From a virus (taxonomy: Duplodnaviria > Caudoviricetes), in IMG/VR virus record IMGVR_UViG_3300037692_000352, positions 1 to 39,111 of that record: a DNA stretch of 39,111 nt. The stretch is one strand, 5' to 3'. The stretch's first letter is position 1. Each line of letters starts with the position of its first letter. Positions 9,212 to 18,061 of this stretch are shown piece by piece. A program made the translations under genes and the position numbers. The notes under the pieces were generated by a model. The model was not told where the DNA came from and did no database searches. It was given only the letters and a program-made list of their open reading frames with translations.

Positions 9212-9730
9212 TTATGTTTCGTAGGATCGGGCCACGGCCGCGTCGTCTTTGCGCTTCGAACCGAAGCTCGATCCGAACCAGAAACCGAGGATCGCACCAA
9301 ACGCCAGGGTCATCACCCCCGACCACTCTCCACTCACGACCGACGGGGTGATCCAGTCGGCGCCGGCGGCGATTGTCATGCCGAACCAGCCGGTGAGGAA
9401 GACATAGGTGATGATCGCGTGGTGGACGAGCCCGCGGCTCTTGGCCAGGTCGCGGGCCGAATCCCTGTCCTGCACTTCGAGGGCGGCCAGCGCCCGGTAG
9501 TGCACCTGGTCGGCCGCTTTGAGCGCCAATGCCTGGTCGGCCGTCATCGATTCGACCTTGGCCAGGATTTCATCTTCGGGGGTACCCTCGGGGATGCCGA
9601 GCACGTCCTTGAGGATCCCCATACCCAGTTCGGCGGCAGTACCGAGCGGGTTGGCGATCGCCCGCCCGATGAAAGGCGCCACCTTGGATACGACGTTCCC
9701 GATCGTCCTGAAAATGTTTCCTTTGGGCAT
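9212..9730 (-). CDS. Holin of the 3-TM (GTA-holin-like) family
   Basis: MPKGNIFRTIG...; 'QDRDSAR' and C-terminal 'GFWFGSSFGSKRKD' signature, hydrophobic helices. Confidence 0.75.
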   Translation of the reverse strand: MPKGNIFRTIGNVVSKVAPFIGRAIANPLGTAAELGMGILKDVLGIPEGTPEDEILAKVESMTADQALALKAADQVHYRALAALEVQDRDSARDLAKSRGLVHHAIITYVFLTGWFGMTIAAGADWITPSVVSGEWSGVMTLAFGAILGFWFGSSFGSKRKDDAAVARSYET

Positions 9731-9816
9731 CGGCGAGAGGCGCACCGGGACGGCGGCGTTCGAGGAGAGGCCACCATGCAAGCCCCACCGCCGCCCGGTG
9801 CATGGCGTGTGACGGA

Positions 9817-9860
9817 TGACACGCTCAAGGTACGCCCGTGGGCGTGCCGGGACCAACGCG
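9817..9860 (-). promoter_or_regulatory. Putative late promoter, copy 2 (head of the late operon)
   Basis: Minus strand CGCGTTGGTC-N16-CGTACCTT-gag-CGTGTCA in the intergenic gap before holin/terS. Confidence 0.75.
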
Positions 9861-9877
9861 GGGCGGGTGCCGCAGTC

Positions 9878-10237
9878 TCACCCTGGCGCGATCAGGATCA
9901 CCACGGCCTTGCGGATCACGATGCGGATGTCCTTCTCGCCTTCCTGCTGGATGACGAGCGTCGGGTACGTCTGGCCCTCGTGGAGCATGAGGCGCGTGCG
10001 GGGGATGCGGAGGGCGTCGGCGATCTGGCGGAGGCGTTCGAGGCTCGGCTCCACGGTGCCGTCCCTCCAGCGGGCGACGCTCTGGCGGGAGACGCCGACG
10101 AGGCGCGCGAGCTCGGAGACGGAGGTCCCGGTATCCACCATGACGGTGCGGAGGCGGTCCGAGGTCGTGACGAGACGGTCGACGCGCTTGTCGCACTCGA
10201 TGTCGCCGCGACGGCCGACGCCGAAGATCATTTTCAT
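9878..10237 (-). CDS. XRE-family HTH transcriptional regulator
   Basis: SVSELARLVGVSRQSVARWRDGTVEPSLERLRQIADAL; co-oriented downstream of the repressor. Confidence 0.85.
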   Translation of the reverse strand: MKMIFGVGRRGDIECDKRVDRLVTTSDRLRTVMVDTGTSVSELARLVGVSRQSVARWRDGTVEPSLERLRQIADALRIPRTRLMLHEGQTYPTLVIQQEGEKDIRIVIRKAVVILIAPG

Positions 10238-10241
10238 GGCG

Positions 10242-10892
10242 TCAGAGAGGCTTGTCGACGCGGAGGACACGAGCGATGACGTGCCACGGCGGGTCATCGT
10301 CGGAGGGCATGATACGCCCAGCGGGCTCGGAGTCGGAGTCTCCCTGGAGCGCGATCGACCCGTCGGCCTGCAGGATGGCCCGCTTGATGAGCAGGCCGTC
10401 GTAGCGGGACCGCCAGACGTACACCGAATGCGACAGGAGCGGCTCGCCGTTCTGGCGCGCGATGAGGAGGCGGTCCCCGGGCATGATGGTCGGCACCATC
10501 GACGTCCCGGTAGCAATGACGGCGACCAGCCTCGACGCGTCCACGCCCGTTTCCCGCTTGATGAGCAGGCGGTGCACGGCGAGGTATCGGGCAATCTCGG
10601 GCTGCCACACGTCGGATCCGCTGCCGGCCGAGGCGTGCGCTGACGAGAGTGGGATGTAGGCAACGGTCTCCGTATCGGCCTCTCCGGGAGTGTTCTTAAC
10701 TCCGGAGGGCAGGGCGTAGTAGCCGTGGCGGGGGCGGTGTATCCCCCCGGCCTTGACGAGGGCCGAAAGGGCGGGCTTCACCGAGTTCGCCGGCATCCCT
10801 GACGTCTCGATGATCTCTGCGGTCGACAGGGGCAGCTCGGCATCCCGGAGCAACCGGACAATCGTGTCCGCCACCGTTTCGGGAGGTCCCAT
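10242..10892 (-). CDS. CI/LexA-like repressor: winged-HTH plus S24 autopeptidase
   Basis: N-terminal wHTH (LSTAEIIETSGMPANSVKPALSALVKAGGIHRPRHGYY); ASAG cleavage site, GTSM catalytic Ser, IKR catalytic Lys. Confidence 0.88.
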   Translation of the reverse strand: MGPPETVADTIVRLLRDAELPLSTAEIIETSGMPANSVKPALSALVKAGGIHRPRHGYYALPSGVKNTPGEADTETVAYIPLSSAHASAGSGSDVWQPEIARYLAVHRLLIKRETGVDASRLVAVIATGTSMVPTIMPGDRLLIARQNGEPLLSHSVYVWRSRYDGLLIKRAILQADGSIALQGDSDSEPAGRIMPSDDDPPWHVIARVLRVDKPL

Positions 10893-10906
10893 GTGAAGAG
10901 GGCGTG

Positions 10907-10951
10907 AAGTAGGCACGAAGGTGTACCTGCCTATTGCACTCGTGCCTACTT
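10907..10951. promoter_or_regulatory. Operator-like inverted repeat in the lysis/lysogeny switch
   Basis: AAGTAGGCACGA (10907-10918) / TCGTGCCTACTT (10940-10951), perfect 12-bp arms with a 21-bp spacer containing a further TGCCTA. Confidence 0.7.
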
Positions 10952-10962
10952 GTGTATATGTT
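10934..10962 (+). promoter_or_regulatory. Putative sigma70-type early rightward promoter
   Basis: TTGCAC (10934-10939), 17 bp, TATGTT (10957-10962) in an AT-rich gap, overlapping the operator arm. Confidence 0.6.
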
Positions 10963-10982
10963 CGTTCCGTCCTACACAACAC

Positions 10983-11180
10983 ATGGTACAAATGTCCGAC
11001 GATCGAAACACGAACCGCATCCAGACGCTGGTCTCCGACGGCGACCTCGAGGAGATCCGCCAGGCTGCCGATCGCGAGGAGCGATCCGTCTCCGCCTTCA
11101 TGCGCCTCGCCGCCCTGGAGCGAGCCCGGAAGAACCACCGCGCGCTCGCCGCCGTCGCCGAGCTGCCGCCCGCCGCGTGA
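10983..11180 (+). CDS. Ribbon-helix-helix DNA-binding protein (Cro position)
   Basis: RIQTLVSDGDLEEIRQAADREERSVSAFMRLAALERA fits the CopG/Arc RHH pattern; divergent from the repressor. Confidence 0.78.
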   Translation: MVQMSDDRNTNRIQTLVSDGDLEEIRQAADREERSVSAFMRLAALERARKNHRALAAVAELPPAA

Positions 11181-11217
11181 CACGGTAACGCCGTACGCGA
11201 CCAGTCACAATCCGATC

Positions 11218-11652
11218 ATGCATCCGATTCCGGACATGTCAAGTGCCAGGAGAGCGCTTCGGCGCGTGTTGAGCGAAAACCGCTTCACCGCCACGGAGAT
11301 CGCCGAGATCGCAGGTTCGAGCCTGTCGTCGATCCACAAGGCGGCGTCCGTATCGGAGGACGCGAGCGACCTGTCCGCCGCGCGCTGGGAGATCATCGCT
11401 CGCTGGCTCTGCGAGCACGGAGAACGCCGCGTCTCGATGGCCTACGTCTCCCCCGACTGCGTCATCACGCGCATCGCGGAGGACGCCGGGGCCGACGGGC
11501 GCGTCGACGACGAGCTGCGCAGCCTCCTCGAGGTCGGAGGCCGCATCTCAGCCGCCCACCGCTCGCGCGACGAGGGCACCATGTCCGGAGCCATCGAAGA
11601 GCTCGACCACCTGCTCTCCCGGCTCCGCGCCGAGGGAGCACTTCTGAGGTAA
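11218..11652 (+). CDS. CII-like regulatory protein
   Basis: N-terminal HTH (TATEIAEIAGSSLSSIHK), helical C-terminus, position after the Cro analogue. Confidence 0.55.
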   Translation: MHPIPDMSSARRALRRVLSENRFTATEIAEIAGSSLSSIHKAASVSEDASDLSAARWEIIARWLCEHGERRVSMAYVSPDCVITRIAEDAGADGRVDDELRSLLEVGGRISAAHRSRDEGTMSGAIEELDHLLSRLRAEGALLR

Positions 11653-11656
11653 CACC

Positions 11657-11854
11657 ATGCATCAGCCCCTGCTGCCCATCGTGGGCACCGTGACCCGCGC
11701 CGGCGCCCGCCGCTTCGTGGGCTACGACGACCGCACCGACCGCTACGTCGTCTTCATCAACCCCGTGCTCCGCGTCCTGTGGGCGCCCTCGACGTGGGCG
11801 CGTGCCCTCGCGAGCGGCGCGGCATCCCCCATCGGCCCCACGGTCGCAGCCTGA
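11657..11854 (+). CDS. Hypothetical protein (65 aa)
   Basis: Fills the operon, GC-biased codons. Confidence 0.6.
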   Translation: MHQPLLPIVGTVTRAGARRFVGYDDRTDRYVVFINPVLRVLWAPSTWARALASGAASPIGPTVAA

Positions 11855-11860
11855 GCCGCC

Positions 11861-12088
11861 ATGACCCCCTACGAACAGGCGCTCGCCGCGCTCGCCAAAC
11901 AGGTGGACCGCGTGATTGAGCCCGAAGACAGCCTCTTCCTCTGCTCCGAATGCGGCGTCGCCACCGACGAGGAGGACATCGTCTGGCAGCGCGGCGTGCC
12001 CGTCTGCGCCGACTGCCGGCACCAGGATGCGCCCGACCCCCGCGACTGGGACGACCACGAGCACGACCTGCGGAGGGAGGAGGCATGA
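11861..12088 (+). CDS. Small zinc-finger protein
   Basis: CSEC...CADC; ATGA-coupled to the next gene. Confidence 0.7.
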   Translation: MTPYEQALAALAKQVDRVIEPEDSLFLCSECGVATDEEDIVWQRGVPVCADCRHQDAPDPRDWDDHEHDLRREEA

Positions 12089-12972
12089 CCGACACCACGA
12101 CCATCACGCCGGTTCAGGCCGACTTCTCGTCGGTGCCCCTTCCCGAGTACCGCCTGTACCGCGCCGACACCTCGGGCGAATCCCGCTGGTACTACTGTCC
12201 GGAGACGGACCGGTACTACCCGTCCGTGACGAGCGTCATCGGCGCGACGACCCCCACGCCGTACGGTCTCCTCCAGTGGATGAAGACCCACGGGCACGCT
12301 GCCGACGACATCCGGGACGAGCGGGCCGAATACGGCACGTTCCTGCACCGCGAGATCGGGCGCCTGCTCAAGACCGGGGAGTACGACCTGGACGCCCTGC
12401 CGTCGGCCTGCCTGTCGGCAGCGATCGAAGCTGGCGAGTCGCGCCTTGCGGCCTCCTGGTACGCCGACGCGCGGAAGGACATCCTGGCTTTCGAGGCGTT
12501 CCGCCGCGAGAAGGAGGTTGAGCCCATCGCCATCGAGGCGGTCCTGAAATCGGAGGGGGGCTACGCCGGGGCCATAGACCTGGTATGCCTGCTGAAGTTC
12601 GGGCGCGGCCAGGTCGTGGCGATCGTCGACTTCAAGTCAGGGCGCAAAGGCTTCTACGAGAGCCACGAGATCCAGCTGCACATGTACCGGGCGCTATGGC
12701 AGGAGAACCTGCCGGACCTGCCCATCGGCATGCTCTTCAACTGGAGCCCCAAGGACTGGGTGTCGGCCCCGTCCTACAACCTCAAGAACCAGACCGACAG
12801 CCAGAACGCGGCCAAGATCCCGCATCTCATCGGGCAGTTCTCGGTCGGCTCCCAGGCGCCGCCGCGCCAGCTCGTCGTCCGGGGGAAGATCACCCCCGAC
12901 ACGCCACTCGATCGTCTCTTCGGCTTCGAGGAGATCCGCGATCGCATTCATCACACGAACAGAGCCGCATAG
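12085..12972 (+). CDS. PD-(D/E)XK (Cas4/RecB-like) exonuclease
   Basis: YPSVTSVI, GTFLH, YAGAIDL, IVDFKSG, QLHMY motifs; start ATG 12085 behind GGAGG. Confidence 0.85.
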   Translation: MTDTTTITPVQADFSSVPLPEYRLYRADTSGESRWYYCPETDRYYPSVTSVIGATTPTPYGLLQWMKTHGHAADDIRDERAEYGTFLHREIGRLLKTGEYDLDALPSACLSAAIEAGESRLAASWYADARKDILAFEAFRREKEVEPIAIEAVLKSEGGYAGAIDLVCLLKFGRGQVVAIVDFKSGRKGFYESHEIQLHMYRALWQENLPDLPIGMLFNWSPKDWVSAPSYNLKNQTDSQNAAKIPHLIGQFSVGSQAPPRQLVVRGKITPDTPLDRLFGFEEIRDRIHHTNRAA

Positions 12973-12976
12973 ACCC

Positions 12977-13654
12977 ATGGCAACCGAGAGAAAGTACCTC
13001 ACCACGCCCCCCGCGCCCGTGCGCTGGGCCAACCTCCTGTCGCCGGACTACCGCTTCGCCACGCAAAACGACCCTCGGGGCACCTACTCCATCGAGGTTC
13101 TTCTTGACCCGGCGCGCGAGAACCACGCCGCCATCCTGAAGGAGCTCGAGAATTACTGGGCTTCGGAGTACGAGGCCACCTGCCGCGCCGAGCGCAAGAA
13201 GGCTCTCGTCGTCCACGACAAGCCCTGGAAGACGGACACCGGCGACGACGGCGCGCCCACGGGCCTCGTCTCTCTGAGACCGAAGAACAAGGAGTACTTC
13301 ACCGACAAGGCCGGCAAGCGCGTCAACGTCACGGTCGACCAGTTCGACTCGCAGGAGACGCCCATCCGTGTGCAGATCGGCAACGGCTCGACCTGCAAGG
13401 TGAACTTCGAGGTGTTCGCCTTCTACCACGCGGGGAAGTTCGGCCTGAGCCTGCGCCTGCGCGCGGTCCAGGTGGTCGAGCTCGTCGACTTCGATCGCAA
13501 CTACGGCTTCGAGAAGACCTCCGGGTACGTCGGAGAGCGCTACGTGGCGCCCATCGCAACGGCCCACGAAGCCCCACGCGAGGTGCAGGCCGCCATGAGC
13601 GAAGAGGAAGTGCAAGACGGCTTCGGCACGGAGAACGACGAGCTGCCGTTCTGA
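12977..13654 (+). CDS. T7 gp2.5-like single-stranded DNA-binding protein
   Basis: TTPPAPVRWANLLSPD, IGNGSTCKV, GLSLRLRAVQVVELV, acidic C-terminus ending ELPF. Confidence 0.82.
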   Translation: MATERKYLTTPPAPVRWANLLSPDYRFATQNDPRGTYSIEVLLDPARENHAAILKELENYWASEYEATCRAERKKALVVHDKPWKTDTGDDGAPTGLVSLRPKNKEYFTDKAGKRVNVTVDQFDSQETPIRVQIGNGSTCKVNFEVFAFYHAGKFGLSLRLRAVQVVELVDFDRNYGFEKTSGYVGERYVAPIATAHEAPREVQAAMSEEEVQDGFGTENDELPF

Positions 13655-14097
13655 TGCCCAGGCCTCTCGACATCGTGCTGGACGTGGACGAGCGCGGGGA
13701 GATAGACCCCCGCCGGAGACTCTGGATGGACGATCAGATTCGTCTGTACGCTGGGGGGCGCGTTCGCATTCAGGTCTCCCGTCCACGCCGCACGACCCGG
13801 TCTAACGCCTACTACTGGGCCGGCGTGATCGAGCCCATCCGCCGGGCGCTGGCCGACGCCGGAAGGCCGACCGCCGCCGGCGTCCTGCACGAGTACTTCA
13901 AGGCGAAGTACCTCCCGCCCCGCATCATGGAATGCCTGGGCCACGACGTGGTCCTCGCGCCGTCGAGCTCCGGCCTCGACATGACTTCATTCTCGGACTA
14001 CGTCGAGGCGATCAAGCACGACGAGGACGTGCGCGCGCTCGGCGTGTGGTTCGAGGAAATGCCGGGATCACTGAAAGCCTTTGAGGAGGCCGCATGA
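13654..14097 (+). CDS. NinB/Orf-like recombination accessory protein
   Basis: RRTTRSNAYYW, LHEYFK, SSSGLDMTSFSDYVEAI motifs. Confidence 0.7.
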   Translation: MPRPLDIVLDVDERGEIDPRRRLWMDDQIRLYAGGRVRIQVSRPRRTTRSNAYYWAGVIEPIRRALADAGRPTAAGVLHEYFKAKYLPPRIMECLGHDVVLAPSSSGLDMTSFSDYVEAIKHDEDVRALGVWFEEMPGSLKAFEEAA

Positions 14098-14903
14098 ACG
14101 CCCAGTCCAACAGCATCCTCCGGGAGCGCACTCACACTGAGGGCTTCACGATCATGGCGAACGCCGTTCTCCAGGACAAGCGACTGTCGCTTCGGGCCAG
14201 GGGTCTCATCGCATACATCTTCTCGTTGCCCGACGACTGGGTGCTCCAGATGGACCACCTCCAGAACGAGCTAAAGGAAGGGCGGGACGCCATTCGCAGG
14301 GCCTTCCGCGAGCTCGAGGCCGCGGGGTTTGCAGAACTGGTTACGGCCCAGGCCGAGGGGGGGAAGTTCATAGGCACACACTGGGTCGTTCGGGAGGCCC
14401 CCACTGAAGCCGCAGAAGACGACCGAGCGCCTGAGAATCCGCCAGGAGAAGACTACCGACCGACTGGAAAACCGCAGTCCGGTTTTTCAGTCGGTGAATA
14501 CAAAGGAAAGAGAGACAAAACACACCCTCGGGCGCGCACGCGCGAGGACGGCACCGCCTCCGGGCCTGCCCTGCCTGCCTCCGTCTCGGCCCCACCCAAA
14601 CCCTCCCCGCCCGATAAGAGCCGTCCACCCGACCAGGACGCGGTCGTGGAGTACCTGGGTGCCTACGCCCGGGAGCAGGGTGTCAACCTGGACGCGGTTG
14701 CCGAGGCCGCGCACTGGCTCAGCAACCAGGAGCAGACCGGGTGGAGGCTGTCGGGCGGACGTGGCGGTCCCGTCCTGGACTGGAAGGCCTCGGTTCGGTA
14801 CTGGGTAGGCAACGAGATCAAGTTCCGGGCGGCCCGAGCGGGCCGCGGTGGTGCCGCCACCCCACCTCGCGTCAACCTCGACCTGGTCCTGTGCCCCCGA
14901 TGA
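14094..14903 (+). CDS. Replication initiator protein (HTH N-terminus)
   Basis: FTIMANAVLQDKRLSLRARGLIAYIFSLPDDW...EGRDAIRRAFRELEAAGF; C-terminal WKASVRYW; precedes the helicase. Confidence 0.82.
   Translation: MNAQSNSILRERTHTEGFTIMANAVLQDKRLSLRARGLIAYIFSLPDDWVLQMDHLQNELKEGRDAIRRAFRELEAAGFAELVTAQAEGGKFIGTHWVVREAPTEAAEDDRAPENPPGEDYRPTGKPQSGFSVGEYKGKRDKTHPRARTREDGTASGPALPASVSAPPKPSPPDKSRPPDQDAVVEYLGAYAREQGVNLDAVAEAAHWLSNQEQTGWRLSGGRGGPVLDWKASVRYWVGNEIKFRAARAGRGGAATPPRVNLDLVLCPR
14459..14495. other. Candidate replication origin (inverted repeat within the initiator gene)
   Basis: ACCGACTGGAAAACCG-cagtc-CGGTTTTTCAGTCGGT (15/16 match) followed by an A-rich tract; lambda-type origins lie within the initiator gene. 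Confidence 0.5.
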
Positions 14904-16231
14904 CCGACCCTCGCACCTCCGAGCGCCGCGCCATCGGGCTTGCTCTCCGTGACACGGGGGCCTGCGCGATCGTCGTTTCGATGCTCGAACCCGGTTACTT
15001 CTCGGACTCGTCGCTTCGGGACGTGTTCAAAGCCGCGGCCGCGTTGTACGGTGCGGGGCGCCCGGTCGATCTCATAACGGTGGCGGCCGAGCTTCCAGGC
15101 CGCGCGTCCGAGGTGGCGGAGATCCAGGCGGCGGCCGGATCGGGAGGTGCGACCGAGGGCGAGATCCTGTGCCGCAACATCCAGGCGGACTGGTACCGCA
15201 GGGATGCGCTGGGGCGGTTCTATACCGCCGCCGACCGGCTCATGGCCGGTGATGACGTGTTCGAAGTCGTGGACGACACGGCCGACGCCCTGGCCCGTGC
15301 CGGCGACTTCGGGCGTATCGACACCAGCATCCGGAGCGCGGTGCCCGAGGCCCGCGACGAGCTGGCCCGGTGGATCGCGGGCGAGCGCATGGACGTGGTG
15401 CCCACGGCCTTTCCCTCCGTCAACCGGCGGATCGGAGGCTACTACGTCGGCGAGCTCACGACGCTCGCCAGCCAGGCCGGGGCGGGGAAAACCACGTTCG
15501 CCATTGACGCGGCTCTCGCCTACGCGACAACGCCGGGTGCCCTGCCCACGCTCATCGTGTCGGCCGAGATGTCCCGCCGGAAGATTGCGCACCGTGCTGC
15601 GACCCGGCTGTCGGGCCAGTCGGGGCAGCTCATCCAGATGAGGGACGAGAGGGCATCGGTCAAGCAGTACTCGAACGGGCTGGACCGGCTCGCGGGCCTT
15701 CCGATCCACGTCATGGACGGCGCGGCCCCGACTCTTGCCGAGATCCAGAATGCGGCCCGGCGCATCCAGCTCGCCGAAGGCCTGCGCTTTGTCATCGTGG
15801 ACTACATCGAGAAGATCGGGGAGCGCGGAGACACCGAGGAGCTCCGCGTGTCGTCCATCGCCCAGGGACTCAAGGTCCTCGCAAAGCGCATGAATGTGGC
15901 GGTGCTGGTGCTCTCACAGTACCGGCGCGCCGGCTCCGGTCCTGCCTGGCCGGACGACTCGTGGCTCCGCTATTCGGGCAAGATCGAGCAGGAATCGGCC
16001 CTCATTTTCCACTGGTACTGGCCCGACTACTGGAAGCGCAAGCACCCCAATGGCGAGCCCCCGAGCCATTGGCGCTCCGAGCACAACGGGTTCCTCATCT
16101 GCACGAAGAACCGGTTTGGACCGGTCCAGGCCTTCGAGGTCAACTTCTATCCGGACGCGGCCCGTTTCGAAGACGCACGGACCCCCAGCCTGAACGGCCA
16201 CCACGCAGAACCCGAGAAGGATCTCTTCTGA
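14900..16231 (+). CDS. dnaB: DnaB-like replicative helicase
   Basis: GELTTLASQAGAGKTTF, SAEMS, VIVDYI, LKVLAKRMNVAVLVLSQ, LRYSGKIEQES, KNRFGP; ATG at 14900. Confidence 0.93.
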   Translation: MTDPRTSERRAIGLALRDTGACAIVVSMLEPGYFSDSSLRDVFKAAAALYGAGRPVDLITVAAELPGRASEVAEIQAAAGSGGATEGEILCRNIQADWYRRDALGRFYTAADRLMAGDDVFEVVDDTADALARAGDFGRIDTSIRSAVPEARDELARWIAGERMDVVPTAFPSVNRRIGGYYVGELTTLASQAGAGKTTFAIDAALAYATTPGALPTLIVSAEMSRRKIAHRAATRLSGQSGQLIQMRDERASVKQYSNGLDRLAGLPIHVMDGAAPTLAEIQNAARRIQLAEGLRFVIVDYIEKIGERGDTEELRVSSIAQGLKVLAKRMNVAVLVLSQYRRAGSGPAWPDDSWLRYSGKIEQESALIFHWYWPDYWKRKHPNGEPPSHWRSEHNGFLICTKNRFGPVQAFEVNFYPDAARFEDARTPSLNGHHAEPEKDLF

Positions 16232-16232
16232 C

Positions 16233-16718
16233 ATGACCCCTGCCGAGTACACCGTCTGCCGCTCCATCGTGCGGGCCCTCGCCTACCGCTACGACCGCGG
16301 GAGGGTGCCCGTCGAGCGCGAAGACCTCGAGCTCGTCGGGTGGGAGGCGGCGACGAAGGCGCTCGCTGCCTGGCGCCCCGGTGTCGGCGTCCTCACGGCC
16401 TACGTCGTGCAGGTGGTGCGGCAGGACATGATCGACTACCTCCGCGTCCACTGGCGCTCGCGCTCTGGACACGGGCCCCACCAGGCAGACCACGAGTCGA
16501 CGATGGACCAGCGGCCGTCCGCGGGCGAGGACTACGCCGCGCGCCTCGACGCCGAGCGCGCCCTCTCGCGCCTGCCCGCGAGGTGGCGGGGCGTCATGGA
16601 GCAGCTGTACTACGAGGACCGGAAGGGCACAGACATCGCCCGCGACCTGGGCGTCTCCAGTGCCCGCATCACGAGGATCAAAACCCGCGCCCTCGCCCGC
16701 ATGGCGAGGTGCGCATGA
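16233..16718 (+). CDS. Phage-encoded sigma-70 family sigma factor (regions 2 and 4 only)
   Basis: Region 2 EDLELVGWEAATKA...AYVVQVVRQDMIDYLR; region 4 LSRLPARWRGVMEQLYYE...DIARDLGVSSARITRIKTRALARM. Confidence 0.85.
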   Translation: MTPAEYTVCRSIVRALAYRYDRGRVPVEREDLELVGWEAATKALAAWRPGVGVLTAYVVQVVRQDMIDYLRVHWRSRSGHGPHQADHESTMDQRPSAGEDYAARLDAERALSRLPARWRGVMEQLYYEDRKGTDIARDLGVSSARITRIKTRALARMARCA

Positions 16719-18061
16719 CCAAGGAGAACACCATGAGAATCCAGCGCATCAGAATCCGCAACGTCCTCGGCATCGAGGAGCTCGAGTTCGAGCCGGGGCG
16801 GATCACCCAGATCACCGGCCGCAACGCCTCCGGCAAGAGCTCGATCGTCGAGGCTCTGAAAGCCGCCCTCGGCGGAGGCTCCGACGCGACGCTCCTCCGC
16901 CAGGGCGCCGACGACGGCGAGGTCGTCCTCGTGCTCGACGACGGAGCCGAGATCCGGCGTCGCATCACGGCCGACAAGCAGTCGCTCACCGTCAAGCACC
17001 CGGAGCTCGGGGCCATCGGCGCCGGCCAGACGTACCTGAACCGCCTGCAGGACACGCTCGGGCTCAACCCGGTCGAGCTCCTCACGGCGCCGCCCTCGAA
17101 GCGGGCGGAGTTCGTGATGGAAGCCCTGCCCCTTCGCGTGACGGCCGACGAGCTGCGCGAGGCGCTGCAGCTGGGCGAGGACTCCGGCGATGAGCTCGGA
17201 TCGAAGATCGCCGGCATGCTCGCCGTGGCCGAGGCCAACCACGCGCTCACGGTGATCGCCGGCGTGCGGCGGGCCGTCTACGACGCCCGCACCGGCGTGA
17301 ACCGCGCCGCGAAGGAGAAGCGCATCACGGCCCAGCAGCTCACCGAGGCCATCGGCGAGGCTGACCAGGATCCCGAGGGGATCCGGGGGACCCTCGCGGA
17401 GGTCCGGGCCGAGGCGGAGGAGGCCCACAAGGAGTTCGAGGAGGCGAGGCTGACGGTCATCGCGCACTTCCAGGACCAGGTCGACGAGGCCGTGGCCGTG
17501 TGCAACGCGGAAATCGAGGCGGCCCGCGGACGGCTGGAGCAGGTGAAGGATATCGCCAGGCTCGAGCGCGACAAGGCCCTCGAAGAGGTCATCGCGGGCT
17601 GGGGCGGCGAGACGTACGCCGTGATGCTCGCCGACCTCGAGTCGCAGCTCCAGGCAGCGAGCCGCGCCGCCCAGAGCCGTGAGACCCGCGACCGCCTGGC
17701 CGAGGACGCCGTCGTCGCCGAGCGCGAGGCGATCACACTGAGCGCCGCCCTCGATCGCCTCGATGCCCTCAAGGCGCGCCTCCTCGAGGAGTCGCCCCTC
17801 GACGTCGAGATCGGCGAGGACGGGGAGATCTACCGGGACGGCGTGCCCTTCTCGCGCCTCAACAAGGCGCAGCAGGTGGACATCGCGATGCAGCTCGCCA
17901 TCCTGCGCGCCGGCAAGCTGCCGCTCGTCTGCGTCGACGGTCTCGAGGTCCTCGACCGCGAGTCCTACGAGGCGTTTCTCGAGCGGGCCCGCCAGGAGGA
18001 CGTGCAGCTCATCGTGACCCGGGTCTCCGACGACGACCTGGTCGTAGCCGAGGCCGCGTGA
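16715..18061 (+). CDS. SMC/SbcC-like ATPase with coiled coil
   Basis: Walker A ITGRNASGKSS, long coiled coil, degenerate signature LNKAQQ, Walker B VCVDGLEVLD. Confidence 0.85.
   Translation: MTKENTMRIQRIRIRNVLGIEELEFEPGRITQITGRNASGKSSIVEALKAALGGGSDATLLRQGADDGEVVLVLDDGAEIRRRITADKQSLTVKHPELGAIGAGQTYLNRLQDTLGLNPVELLTAPPSKRAEFVMEALPLRVTADELREALQLGEDSGDELGSKIAGMLAVAEANHALTVIAGVRRAVYDARTGVNRAAKEKRITAQQLTEAIGEADQDPEGIRGTLAEVRAEAEEAHKEFEEARLTVIAHFQDQVDEAVAVCNAEIEAARGRLEQVKDIARLERDKALEEVIAGWGGETYAVMLADLESQLQAASRAAQSRETRDRLAEDAVVAEREAITLSAALDRLDALKARLLEESPLDVEIGEDGEIYRDGVPFSRLNKAQQVDIAMQLAILRAGKLPLVCVDGLEVLDRESYEAFLERARQEDVQLIVTRVSDDDLVVAEAA

Noticed and set aside
10242-14903. Extended N-termini from the ORF track (e.g. 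11183, 10921, 11950, 14741; also 16340, 37838, 9856, 9300)
   Set aside because: They overlap neighbouring genes or promoters; downstream ATGs with ATGA coupling or an RBS fit better
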